A stretch of 64,000 nucleotides of DNA. Source: Thermoplasmata archaeon (lineage in GTDB: Archaea; Thermoplasmatota; Thermoplasmata; Lutacidiplasmatales; UBA184). Location: assembly GCA_021802125.1 (NCBI GenBank), contig JAKAAX010000001.1, forward strand, positions 173,652-237,651, in the 5' to 3' direction. Below, one piece after another: positions 55,233 through 64,000 of the stretch; within the stretch, counting starts at the first letter, position 1, and each line of letters starts with the position of its first letter. The notes under the pieces are model-generated. The model was not told where the DNA came from. It did no database searches and was given only the letters and a program-made list of their open reading frames with translations. Both the position numbers and the translations under genes were made by a program.

Positions 55233-57032
55233 ATGGCGTCCTCCAAGCCGCCCGCCAGCCCCTCGCCGGGAGGGCCGGAGGCCGGGTTCGGTGGCGGGGG
55301 GATCTCGCGGGGGACGCTCCGTCGGTGGCGGACCTGGCTGGAGGACCTCCCTTGGCTCCTGCCTGCTGTCGCCTTCGTCCTGCTCTTCTCCCTCCTACCC
55401 CTGCTGGACGTCTTCTCGCAGGCGTGGACGTTCGGGCACGGCGTCCGGGGAGTGATCTTCCTCCTGCGCTCGAACAACGTCCTCGGGCGCGCCACCCGGG
55501 AGACGCTCGGCAACTCTCTGGAGCAGGGGGTGCTCAGCGCCGGGCTCGCCTCGCTCTGGGGAGTCCCCGTGGGGGTCTTCCTGGCACGGAACCGGTTCCC
55601 CGGACGCGACCTCCTGCTGGCGTTCCTCCTGGTCCCCTTCCTGCTGCCCGTCCTCGTCGTGGTGCTGGGCGTGCAGGAGCTTTTCACCTGCCCCGCTCAG
55701 GGCGCGTGCACCGGCTTCCTCTCCTCCCTCTGGCCGTCGCTCGGCGTGCTCGGCTCCGGTCTCCCCGGGATCCTCACCGTGAACGTGTTCTACAACACCC
55801 CGATGGTCGCGCTCTTCACCGTGGCGGGGATCGGTCAGAGCTCGCCCGCGATCGAGGAGGCCGTGGCGACTCTCGGAGGAGGGCCCTGGCGCGCGTTCCG
55901 CGACGCGTGGGGAAAGCACGCCCTGGTGGGCGGGGCGACCGGGGCGCTCCTCACGTTCCTGTTCAGCTTCCTGAGCTTCGCTCCCCCGCTCATCCTGGGA
56001 CAGTACTCGAACTGGACCATCGAGGACTGGATCTACTCGCTCTTCCAGCTCAGGTCGACGGTCGTCAGCCCCGACCTCGCCGTCGCCGTCTCCCTGTGGA
56101 CGGTCCTCTTCCTGCTCGGACCGAGCTTGCTCTACGTCCTCCTCGCCCGCCATGCGAGGCTCTTTGGAGGGACGCCGCGCCCGGTGCGAACGGTCCGGCT
56201 CGGAGCGCGTCCCTGGCGTGCGCTCCCCTTCCTCGCCGCGAGCGCCGCGCTGGTGGGGTTCGTCGCGGTGATGATCGCCTCGGTGCTCGTGGGTTCCTTC
56301 GTCGTCTCGAACGGAACGACGCTCACCTCCGCCCGCCTGGGCACCGGGAACTGGCTGCTCCTGTTCTCCTCCCGGACCACACAGGCGCTCGGAGGGACCT
56401 CCACCATGGGGGCGATCCTCAACACCGTGTTCTTCGCGGTGGTGGTGACGTTGCTGCTGCTGCTCGTGGCTCTCGCGGCGGGCTTCGCGAGGCTACGGCA
56501 CCCGCACGTGGGGTCCCTGGTCGACCTCATGAGCTTCGTCCCGATGCTCGTTTCTCCCGTCATCCTGGCGCTCGCCCTCTGGCTGTTCTACTACGGGACG
56601 CTGTACGTCCCGGCGTTCCTCTGGGTCCTGATCGTGGGGGCCCAGGCCGGGCTTGCGCTCCCGTTCGTCCTCGAGACGATCTCGCTCGCGCTCCGCTCCC
56701 ACTCTCGATATCCCCGGGAGGCCGCTCAGACGCTGGGAGCTCGCCGCTTCCGCGCCTTCCTGGACGCGGACGTGCCGATGGCGAAGGAGGCACTGATCGC
56801 CGGGGCGCTCTTCGCCTTCGCACTGTCCCTGGGAGAGTTCACTGCGACGAACTTCCTCTATACCCCGGCCTACACGACGCTCGTGGTCGAGATGTACGTC
56901 CTGGGCCTCAACCATTTCTCCGCGACCGCTCCCGGGGCGGCCGCGGCCATCGGAGCCCTCCTGGTCGTGATCAGCCTCGTTGCGTTCTACATCATCCTGG
57001 GGGTGGGCCGTCGTGGACATGGTCGAGGGTGA
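55233..57032 (+). CDS. thiP: Thiamine/Fe3+-type ABC permease (duplicated domain)
   Basis: FPGR...LVPFLLP, NVFYNTP, EEAVATLGG, EAAQTLGA, FALSLGEF. Confidence 0.85.
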   Translation: MASSKPPASPSPGGPEAGFGGGGISRGTLRRWRTWLEDLPWLLPAVAFVLLFSLLPLLDVFSQAWTFGHGVRGVIFLLRSNNVLGRATRETLGNSLEQGVLSAGLASLWGVPVGVFLARNRFPGRDLLLAFLLVPFLLPVLVVVLGVQELFTCPAQGACTGFLSSLWPSLGVLGSGLPGILTVNVFYNTPMVALFTVAGIGQSSPAIEEAVATLGGGPWRAFRDAWGKHALVGGATGALLTFLFSFLSFAPPLILGQYSNWTIEDWIYSLFQLRSTVVSPDLAVAVSLWTVLFLLGPSLLYVLLARHARLFGGTPRPVRTVRLGARPWRALPFLAASAALVGFVAVMIASVLVGSFVVSNGTTLTSARLGTGNWLLLFSSRTTQALGGTSTMGAILNTVFFAVVVTLLLLLVALAAGFARLRHPHVGSLVDLMSFVPMLVSPVILALALWLFYYGTLYVPAFLWVLIVGAQAGLALPFVLETISLALRSHSRYPREAAQTLGARRFRAFLDADVPMAKEALIAGALFAFALSLGEFTATNFLYTPAYTTLVVEMYVLGLNHFSATAPGAAAAIGALLVVISLVAFYIILGVGRRGHGRG

Positions 57033-58131
57033 GAGGGAGGGGGACGGGGAGAGGGAGCGAGATGCCCCCGGGTACCTCGAGGTTCGGGGACTGGTCGCCC
57101 GCTACCCCGAGTTCCGTCTGGGACCGATCGACCTCAGCCTGGGGAAGGGGGAGACGCTCGTCGTGCTGGGCCCGAACGGCTCGGGAAAGTCCACCTTCCT
57201 GCGCCTGCTGGCGGGATTGGAGCCCGTGGAGCGCGGCCGCATCCGTCTCGCGGGGAGGGACATCACCGACCTTCCGCCCCACCTTCGGAGCGTGGGGATG
57301 GTCTTCCAGGACCTGGCGCTCTTCCCCGGGAAGACGGTCTGGGACAACCTCACCTACGGGCTCGTCGTCCAGCGGTGGTCTCGACAGGAGGCCGAGAAGC
57401 GGGGAGAGGAGCTCCTGCGCGACTTCCACCTCTCCTTGCTCGCCGAGCGGCTCCCTTCGGAGATCTCGGGCGGGGAACGGCAGCGCGTCGCGCTCGCACG
57501 GGCTCTCGCGCCTCGGCCTTCCCTTCTGCTCCTTGACGAGCCGCTCTCCTCGGCCGACCCGCGGCTCGCCCGCGAGCTGCGCGGCGAGATCAAGGGCTAC
57601 CTCCGGGCTGCCGGGACCCCGGCGATCTACGTCACCCACGACTTCGACGAGGGGTTCTTCCTCGCGCAGAGGATGGCCCTTCTTCGAGAGGGCAGCTGGG
57701 TCCAGGAGGGCCCCGCGGAGCAGGTCTTCGACCGACCGAGCGACCCGTTCGTCGCGTGGTTCCTCGGCTACAACGTCCTTCCCCGCCCCTCCTCGCGCCA
57801 CGGCACCGTCGCGGTCCTCCCGGAGGAGGTGCGGCTGTGCGATCCCGGCGCGCCTGACGCCCTGGAGGGGGTCGTGGAGTCCCGGGGCGAGACCGGCTCT
57901 CAGGTCCGGATGTTCGTCCGACTCTCGACTCCTGCCGGACCAATGGGCGCGGAAAGAGAGGAGTCGCCGTTGCTCGAGCTTTTGCTTCCGCGCGGAGGCG
58001 CCGGGGCGGGGACCCCCGCGGTCGGAGCGAAGGTCCACCTCCGCTTCGAGCGTACCGTCGAACTCCCTCAGGACCTCCCTCCCAATGGCTTCAAGAGGGG
58101 GTTCGCGTCGGGGGAGCCTGGAGGACCATGA
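57019..58131 (+). CDS. thiQ: ABC transporter ATP-binding subunit of the thiamine importer
   Basis: GPNGSGKST, VGMVFQDLALFP, ISGGERQRVALARAL, LLLDEP, YVTHD. Confidence 0.85.
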   Translation: MVEGEREGDGERERDAPGYLEVRGLVARYPEFRLGPIDLSLGKGETLVVLGPNGSGKSTFLRLLAGLEPVERGRIRLAGRDITDLPPHLRSVGMVFQDLALFPGKTVWDNLTYGLVVQRWSRQEAEKRGEELLRDFHLSLLAERLPSEISGGERQRVALARALAPRPSLLLLDEPLSSADPRLARELRGEIKGYLRAAGTPAIYVTHDFDEGFFLAQRMALLREGSWVQEGPAEQVFDRPSDPFVAWFLGYNVLPRPSSRHGTVAVLPEEVRLCDPGAPDALEGVVESRGETGSQVRMFVRLSTPAGPMGAEREESPLLELLLPRGGAGAGTPAVGAKVHLRFERTVELPQDLPPNGFKRGFASGEPGGP

Positions 58132-58514
58132 CCGCTGCGGACACGCCCCCCTTGCTGCTCGTGGGAGGACCTGACGGGGAGCGCGACCTGTTGAAGCTCT
58201 ACCTGGCCCGGAACAACGTTGGGGTACTGGCTTCCGTCTCTCAGCTCACGGACGCTTTGCCTCACCTGGCGGCGCAGCCCGGCTGCACGCTCGTGCTCGT
58301 GAGGCCCCAGGACCTCGCGCAATCTGGCGTGTGGGTCCACGAGCGGCGGTCTCAGGGCTTCCAGGGCCGTGTCGGGGTCGTCGTCAAGGCCGAAGAGATA
58401 CGGGCCTACATCGGGAAGGGACGCTGGAACGATTTCGCGCTCAAGAGCCCCGTATCCGAGCCGGACTTCCTCGGAGCCGCCCGGTCCTCCTCCAGGCTCG
58501 CCGAACGGATCTAA
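58128..58514 (+). CDS. Small hypothetical protein, possibly a degenerate receiver (CheY-like) domain
   Basis: ATGA overlap with thiQ; alternating beta/alpha pattern ending DFALKSP; receiver Asp residues absent. Confidence 0.5.
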   Translation: MTAADTPPLLLVGGPDGERDLLKLYLARNNVGVLASVSQLTDALPHLAAQPGCTLVLVRPQDLAQSGVWVHERRSQGFQGRVGVVVKAEEIRAYIGKGRWNDFALKSPVSEPDFLGAARSSSRLAERI

Positions 58515-58532
58515 GGTCGCCTTCCTCCGGCC

Positions 58533-59633
58533 TTGTCCTCCACGCGCCCGAAGGCCTCCGCAAGGGCCTCCGGAAAGGTGTCCTACCCGTTCTTCCTCCA
58601 GAGCATCGCCCGTTCGCTCGGGGCCCCGCGACGGGAAGTGAAGGTGGGCCCCCGGCACGGGGTCGACGTCGGGGTGATCCGGCTCTCCCGGCAGCGCTCT
58701 TTGCTCCTGACGACGGACCCCCTCTGCCTCATCCCGGCCTTCGGGTGGGAGAGTGCGGCCCGGTACGCCTTCCACGTGCTGGCGAACGACCTGACCACGA
58801 CCGGGGTTGCCCCCCAGTTCCTCAGTGTCGACTGGAACCTCCCGGTGGACATGTCCGAACGCGACATGGAGACCGTCCTGCGGGCGCTCCATGACGAGTG
58901 CCGCAAGTTCGGGACCGCGATCGTCGCGGGACACACCGGGCGTTACCCCGGCGTGAGCTTCCCCATGGTCGGGGGCGCGACGCTCTTCTCGGTGGCGAAG
59001 CCGGGGACGTTCGTCACGAGCGCCGACGCCTGCCCGGGGTCCAGGGTTCTCCTCACCCGGACCGCCGCTCTCGAGACGGCGGTCACGGTGGCCCACCTCC
59101 ACCCTCACGAGACCGAGGAGCTGCTCGGGATCTACACGACCCGAAGCCTCCGCCGCCGGCTCGAGGAGCTCTCGAGCTCCCCGGAGGCGCTCAGCGCGGC
59201 CCGCGTGGCCGGCCTGGGCCCCCGCGGGGTCTCGGCGATGCACGACGTGGCCGAGGGAGGCATCGTCGGGGCTCTGGTCGAGATGTCCAGCGCTTCCCGT
59301 CTGGACCTCGAGGTCGACCTCTCTCAGGTGCCCGTGGAACCCGAGGTGGGGGAGCTCTGTTCCCGGTTCGGCGCGGACCCCCTGACCTCCATGGGCCAAG
59401 GCTCCCTCCTGCTCGCGGTCCACCCCAAGCAGGTCGCCGCCGTCGTGCACGCCCTCGAAAGGCATCGGCTCCCGGTCACCGACCTCGGCCGGTTCGGCCC
59501 CCGGGCTCGAGCCGACCCCCGGGTCCGCGACCGCGGCCGGTCGGTGAGCGCCCCTACCGTCGACGGGTTGACGATCATCAGCCTGGGCCTCGAGCGGGGA
59601 AAAGGCGGCCGAAGCCGGCCTCGCACGCGCTAG
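58533..59633 (+). CDS. AIR-synthase-related (PurM/ThiL/HypE fold) protein
   Basis: [46 protein letters not shown]. Confidence 0.85.
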   Translation: MSSTRPKASARASGKVSYPFFLQSIARSLGAPRREVKVGPRHGVDVGVIRLSRQRSLLLTTDPLCLIPAFGWESAARYAFHVLANDLTTTGVAPQFLSVDWNLPVDMSERDMETVLRALHDECRKFGTAIVAGHTGRYPGVSFPMVGGATLFSVAKPGTFVTSADACPGSRVLLTRTAALETAVTVAHLHPHETEELLGIYTTRSLRRRLEELSSSPEALSAARVAGLGPRGVSAMHDVAEGGIVGALVEMSSASRLDLEVDLSQVPVEPEVGELCSRFGADPLTSMGQGSLLLAVHPKQVAAVVHALERHRLPVTDLGRFGPRARADPRVRDRGRSVSAPTVDGLTIISLGLERGKGGRSRPRTR

Positions 59634-59734
59634 CTCTCGGGGACGTGAGCGGCGCCCCCCGAGCGGTCGGGGGCCGGCCCACGACGCGCGGCGGCCAAGC
59701 TTATCCGCCCCACCCACCCTGCTCGCTCGCTCGA

Positions 59735-60418
59735 ATGCCCGCTCCCGTCGTCGTCGAGGGCCAGAAGGTCTGGAAGATCTACGCCTCCGAGGCCGGCGAG
59801 GTCCCCGCCCTCAAGGGGATCGATGTCAACATCCGGAAGGGCGAGATGGTCGCGGTCATGGGCCCGTCCGGCTGCGGGAAGACCACGTTCCTCAACTGTT
59901 TCTCCGGCCTGGACGACATCAGCCGGGGGACCATCCGGATCGAGGGGCGGGACCTGAAGAACCTCTCCGACAACGCCCGCAGCGAGTACCGGGCGCTCCG
60001 GATGGGTTTCGTCTTCCAGGCCTACAACCTGCTGCCGGTCCTGACCGCGCAGGAGAACGTCGAGCTCCCCCTGCTCGTCGCCGGCGTCCCTCCCAAGGAG
60101 GCGCGGCAGCGGGCGGTGCTCTGGCTGAAGGAGCTCGGGCTCAAGGGCCGCGAGCTCCACCGACCCAGCGCGCTCTCCGGCGGGGAGCAGCAGCGGGTCA
60201 CGCTCGCGCGCGCGCTCGCGAACCGTCCGGCGATCGTGTGGGCCGACGAGCCCACCGGCAACCTCGACGAGGAGAACAGTCACGCCGTGATGGAGCTCCT
60301 GCGGGACCTGAACCGGGAGCACCACCAGACCTTCGTCGTGGTCACGCACGACCCGTCCGTCGCCGCGGGCTGCGACCGGACGATGAGGATGCGGGATGGC
60401 CGGATCATCGGGGAGTAG
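59735..60418 (+). CDS. LolD/MacB-type ABC ATP-binding protein
   Basis: [41 protein letters not shown]. Confidence 0.92.
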   Translation: MPAPVVVEGQKVWKIYASEAGEVPALKGIDVNIRKGEMVAVMGPSGCGKTTFLNCFSGLDDISRGTIRIEGRDLKNLSDNARSEYRALRMGFVFQAYNLLPVLTAQENVELPLLVAGVPPKEARQRAVLWLKELGLKGRELHRPSALSGGEQQRVTLARALANRPAIVWADEPTGNLDEENSHAVMELLRDLNREHHQTFVVVTHDPSVAAGCDRTMRMRDGRIIGE

Positions 60419-63400
60419 ATCGAAGGGGTCGGCCTCTCGACCGGCTCCGTCGACCGACCTGCCGGGCTCCTCCGCCTCGGAGAAGCTCCGGCGACAGCGC
60501 CTGTCGAACCAGGTCCTCTTGACCGGCGTCACGCTCGGCCTCCTTCTCATCGGGACCTCCTTGTGGCTGGGGACCTCCCAGGGCCTTTCCCAGGCGAGCG
60601 CGGGACTCACCGCGCTCGGGGTGGGCGACCCCCTGGTGGGGCTCCTCGTCCTATTGGTCATCGCCGTCGCGCTCTTCTCCCTCGCCCTGGGGCTCAAGGA
60701 CCGGGTCATCGCGAAGATCGGCCTTCGGAACGTCACCCGCGCGAGGACCCGGACGCTGGTGCTCCTCTTCGGGCTGCTGATCGGCAGCGCGATCATTTCC
60801 TCGAGCCTCGTGATCGGCGACACGGTGGACAACCTTTCGGTCCACTTCACCTACATCGCGGACGGGGCCGTGGACGAGGCGGTCTACGCCCCCGCGCCGC
60901 AAGGAGGGATCGGGGGGACCTCGGTCAGCTACAGCACGTTCGACATGGCCATCTTCTCGTCCATGAACACTTCGGCCGCGCGCATCCCTAACGTCCAGGG
61001 GCTCACCCCGATGCTCATCACGACGGGGTCGGCCTACGACCGGACCCAGAACGTCGCGCAGCCCGGCCTCACGCTCATCGGGGTCGACGCCTGGGCGAGC
61101 TCGAACCTCGGGAGCTTCACCTCCACGACCGGCGCCTCCGTGAGCGGTCCCTCTCCAGGGAAGGTCCTGCTCAACGCGGCCGCGGCAACCGAGCTCTCCG
61201 CGCACGTGGGCGACAAGGTCTCCCTGAGCGGAGCGGCGCAGGTCCCGGTCAACTTCACCGTGCTCTCCCTGGTCAAGTCCGACACGCGCGGCGGGTTCCA
61301 GGACTCCGGCATGGGCGACGTCTTCCTCTCGCTCTCGGACGCCCAGGCGCTGTGCGGAGGGGTCTGCTCCGCCCACGCGACCCAGCCGATCAACTACATC
61401 GCCGTGACGAACACCGGGGGGCTCGTGGGAGGGACCGCCCACACGAACCAGGTCTGGGGGCCGCTCAACAGCTCGAAGAACGCCTCCGTCCTCGCGAACC
61501 AGAGGGCCGGGGGAACTCCACCGGGAGGCCTCGAGGTCCACTCCGTTCTCCTCTCAGACCTCCTTACGGCGGAGGCCAACGCCCAGTCCCTGACCCAGCT
61601 CTTCCTCGTCCTGGGGCTCTTCTCGATCGGGGCGGGCTGCGTCCTGATCGTGGGCATCTTCGCGATGCTCGCGGAGGAGCGGCGCGGCGAGATGGGGGTG
61701 GCGCGGGCCGTCGGAATGCGTCGTGGCCAGCTCATCCGGGCCTACTACTTCGAGGGGCTGGCCTACTCCGCGGGCTCCGCCCTCCTCGGGACGTTCCTAG
61801 GGGTCCTGGTCGGCTGGGGCATCATCCAGCTCTTCGCGAGCCTGTTCGGGAGCGGCGGCGGGGTCGCCGCCTCCGCCATCGTCGACTCCTTCACCTTCAC
61901 CCCCAGGAGCCTCGCCCTCGCCTACTCCGCCGGTTTCCTGCTCACGCTCGTCACCGTGAGCGTGACCTCGGCCTACGTCAGCCGGATGAACATCGTCCGC
62001 GCGATCCGCAGCCAGCCGGAGCTGATCCACAAGGAGCGCTCGCGCCGCGCGCTGCTCGGCTCCGGGGTCCTGCTGCTCCTCCTGGGCGCGGCGCTCTACG
62101 AGGTGGGACACAAGTCGGGGACCGACATCGATGTGGGATTCCTCGGGGCGAGCCTCCTCATCCTCGCGGTCGGGCTCATCGCCGCCTACCGGGTGCCGCT
62201 GCGCTGGACGTTCTCGGCCTCTGCGCTCGGCCTCCTCGTGTTCTGGGGCGACCTCCAGCTTCGGAACGACCTGTTCCCGGGAACGCACTCGGGGACGATC
62301 TTCGTGTTCTTCCAGATGGGGGTCTTCCTGATCCTCGCCGCGGTCATCCTCTACGTGTTCAACTCCGACCTCATCGTCCAGGCGCTCACGAGGCTCTCCC
62401 GGAGCGGTTCGAGGAACCTCCCGGTCGTCCGTCTCGCGTTCTCCTACCCGTCCCAACGACGGTTCCGTTCGGCCATGACCATCAGCATCTTCGCCATGGT
62501 CCTCTTCACGATCACGGCCATCGCCGCGATCGGGAACGGGATCTCCTCCGGAGTGTCGAACTCCATCCATACCGAGTCGGGGGGCTACCAGTTCTACGGC
62601 GTCTCCCCCACGCCGATCACCGACCTCGCCTCCCAGGTCCAGAACAACTCGACGCTGCGAGGGGAGGTCTCGACGCTCGTCTCGTTCTACTCGGGGATGG
62701 GCCTGATCAACCCGCTCCCGTCACAATCGTGCTCCTCCTCCCAGGCCTGCTTCGGTTACGGGCTCGCCGCCGCCCCGACTCCGCAGGACGGCACCCCGGC
62801 CTGGCAGGACTTCTACTCGACGAACCAGTTCAGCTTCTCCGCCACTCTGCCCGGCTGGTCGCCTTCGCAGATCTGGCAGGCGCTCGAGACCAACTCCAGC
62901 GTCGCCGTCGTGGACGGGAGCTTCCAGACGAACGCGCTCGCGGCCGCCATCCAAGGAGGCTCCGGTCACGCGGGGGTCCGGCCCGGTGACCGGATCACGA
63001 TCGATGGGCTCTTCGGAGGAACTTCCACCGTGGAGGTCGTCGGGGTCCTCTCGGAGCAGGTCCTCCAGGCCGTGCTGGTGAACCCCGCGCTGCTGACCGG
63101 CACTTTCCATTTCACCACCCAGCAGCTCTTCCTTCTGACGGGAGCCCCGGGGGTCGACCCGCGGACGGTGATCCAGACCTTCCAGACCCACTTCTTCGCC
63201 GACAACCTCGAGGTCTTCGATTTCGCGCAGATCCTGTCGACCACGCTGCAGTTCACCAACGCGTTCATCGACCTCCTCGAGGTCTTCGTGGCGCTGGGGC
63301 TCATCGTCGGGATCACGTCGCTGGGCATCCTGGCCCTGCGTGCGGTGGTGGAGCGGAGGACGCAGATCGGGGTCATCCGGGCGGTGGGGTTCCGGCGCTC

Positions 63401-63656
63401 GCAGGTTCTGGCCGTGTTCCTCACGGAGTACTCCTTCCTGGCCCTCATGGGCATCGGGATCGGAGCGGTGATGGGGCTCGTCCTGGCCTACAACCTGAAC
63501 GAGGCGGTGGGAGGGTTCTTCGCGTTCTCGATCCCTTGGACGAACCTCGCCTTCGTCCTTGGGACGAGCTACGCTCTGACGCTGGTCGCGACCGGGATGC
63601 CCTCCTTCCGCGCGTCGCGGATCCCTCCCGCGGAAGCGATCCGGTACTCCGAGTGA
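60396..63656 (+). CDS. FtsX/MacB-like ABC permease with two permease domains
   Basis: [43 protein letters not shown]; two large extracellular loops. Confidence 0.9.
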   Translation: MAGSSGSRSKGSASRPAPSTDLPGSSASEKLRRQRLSNQVLLTGVTLGLLLIGTSLWLGTSQGLSQASAGLTALGVGDPLVGLLVLLVIAVALFSLALGLKDRVIAKIGLRNVTRARTRTLVLLFGLLIGSAIISSSLVIGDTVDNLSVHFTYIADGAVDEAVYAPAPQGGIGGTSVSYSTFDMAIFSSMNTSAARIPNVQGLTPMLITTGSAYDRTQNVAQPGLTLIGVDAWASSNLGSFTSTTGASVSGPSPGKVLLNAAAATELSAHVGDKVSLSGAAQVPVNFTVLSLVKSDTRGGFQDSGMGDVFLSLSDAQALCGGVCSAHATQPINYIAVTNTGGLVGGTAHTNQVWGPLNSSKNASVLANQRAGGTPPGGLEVHSVLLSDLLTAEANAQSLTQLFLVLGLFSIGAGCVLIVGIFAMLAEERRGEMGVARAVGMRRGQLIRAYYFEGLAYSAGSALLGTFLGVLVGWGIIQLFASLFGSGGGVAASAIVDSFTFTPRSLALAYSAGFLLTLVTVSVTSAYVSRMNIVRAIRSQPELIHKERSRRALLGSGVLLLLLGAALYEVGHKSGTDIDVGFLGASLLILAVGLIAAYRVPLRWTFSASALGLLVFWGDLQLRNDLFPGTHSGTIFVFFQMGVFLILAAVILYVFNSDLIVQALTRLSRSGSRNLPVVRLAFSYPSQRRFRSAMTISIFAMVLFTITAIAAIGNGISSGVSNSIHTESGGYQFYGVSPTPITDLASQVQNNSTLRGEVSTLVSFYSGMGLINPLPSQSCSSSQACFGYGLAAAPTPQDGTPAWQDFYSTNQFSFSATLPGWSPSQIWQALETNSSVAVVDGSFQTNALAAAIQGGSGHAGVRPGDRITIDGLFGGTSTVEVVGVLSEQVLQAVLVNPALLTGTFHFTTQQLFLLTGAPGVDPRTVIQTFQTHFFADNLEVFDFAQILSTTLQFTNAFIDLLEVFVALGLIVGITSLGILALRAVVERRTQIGVIRAVGFRRSQVLAVFLTEYSFLALMGIGIGAVMGLVLAYNLNEAVGGFFAFSIPWTNLAFVLGTSYALTLVATGMPSFRASRIPPAEAIRYSE

Positions 63657-63811
63657 GCGGACCCGCGTGGGGGGCGGTCGCCCCGGCTTCCGTCGCGGGC
63701 AGGGCCCGGCGCGGACCGAACGTCGGGGGAGTCAAGCGAACGATTAACCGCTGAACAACTTCCCCCGACCGTTGCGACCCGTCCCGGGCCGCGAAAGGAG
63801 CACCCTCGCTC

Positions 63812-64000
63812 ATGTGCGAACACTGCGCCTCCGATCCCGAATGCCGCCACCCGGTCTGCTCCGCGAAGGGGTCGAGCTGCTCCTGCTCGCTCCAGGGCCC
63901 CGCGCAGTGTCCGACGTGCGGACACCCCTGCCTCGACTGGTGGTGGGGGATGGGGATCGTCGGCGCGCCGGACTGGGTCTCGGACTTCCTCGGCGGGCAG
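63812..64000 (+). CDS. Cys/His-rich protein, 3'-truncated by window edge (not in the ORF track)
   Basis: AAAGGAG SD upstream; MCEHCASDPECRHPVCSAKGSSCSCSLQGPAQCPTCGHPCLDWWWGMG..., 9 Cys in the first 40 aa. Confidence 0.6.
   Translation, partial: MCEHCASDPECRHPVCSAKGSSCSCSLQGPAQCPTCGHPCLDWWWGMGIVGAPDWVSDFLGGQ

Overview
High-GC archaeal chromosomal window, most consistent with Thermoplasmata (inference from exosome plus proteasome genes, RadB, a TPP riboswitch, DUF981, and sedolisin/PKD surface proteins; the exosome argues against haloarchaea). From left to right: an AddB/AddA-like helicase-nuclease pair and radB; two giant paralogous membrane-anchored surface proteins; the proteasome-exosome superoperon (psmA, SBDS, rrp4, rrp41, rrp42, rpl37ae, rpoP); a polyphosphate operon (HTH regulator, hypothetical, ppx, two thymidylate-kinase-like genes, CHAD) with sixA and phoU nearby; housekeeping genes (glyS, moeA, purQ, hemK-like, trm1, lhr, larE-like, uvrB); a TPP riboswitch upstream of a thiamine ABC transporter; and a LolD/FtsX-type exporter. 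I saw no CRISPR array, rRNA, tRNA or mobile element. Best leads: (1) the paired TMK-like genes as a heteromeric polyphosphate kinase; (2) a TPP riboswitch that may act through a 13-codon leader ORF overlapping the thiB start; (3) an identical 13-aa C-terminal motif, differing only at synonymous sites, in both surface proteins, with a C16 tract upstream of one copy; (4) an Rrp4 with a ~120-aa RGG-rich extension. All calls are motif recognition by eye; no searches were run.
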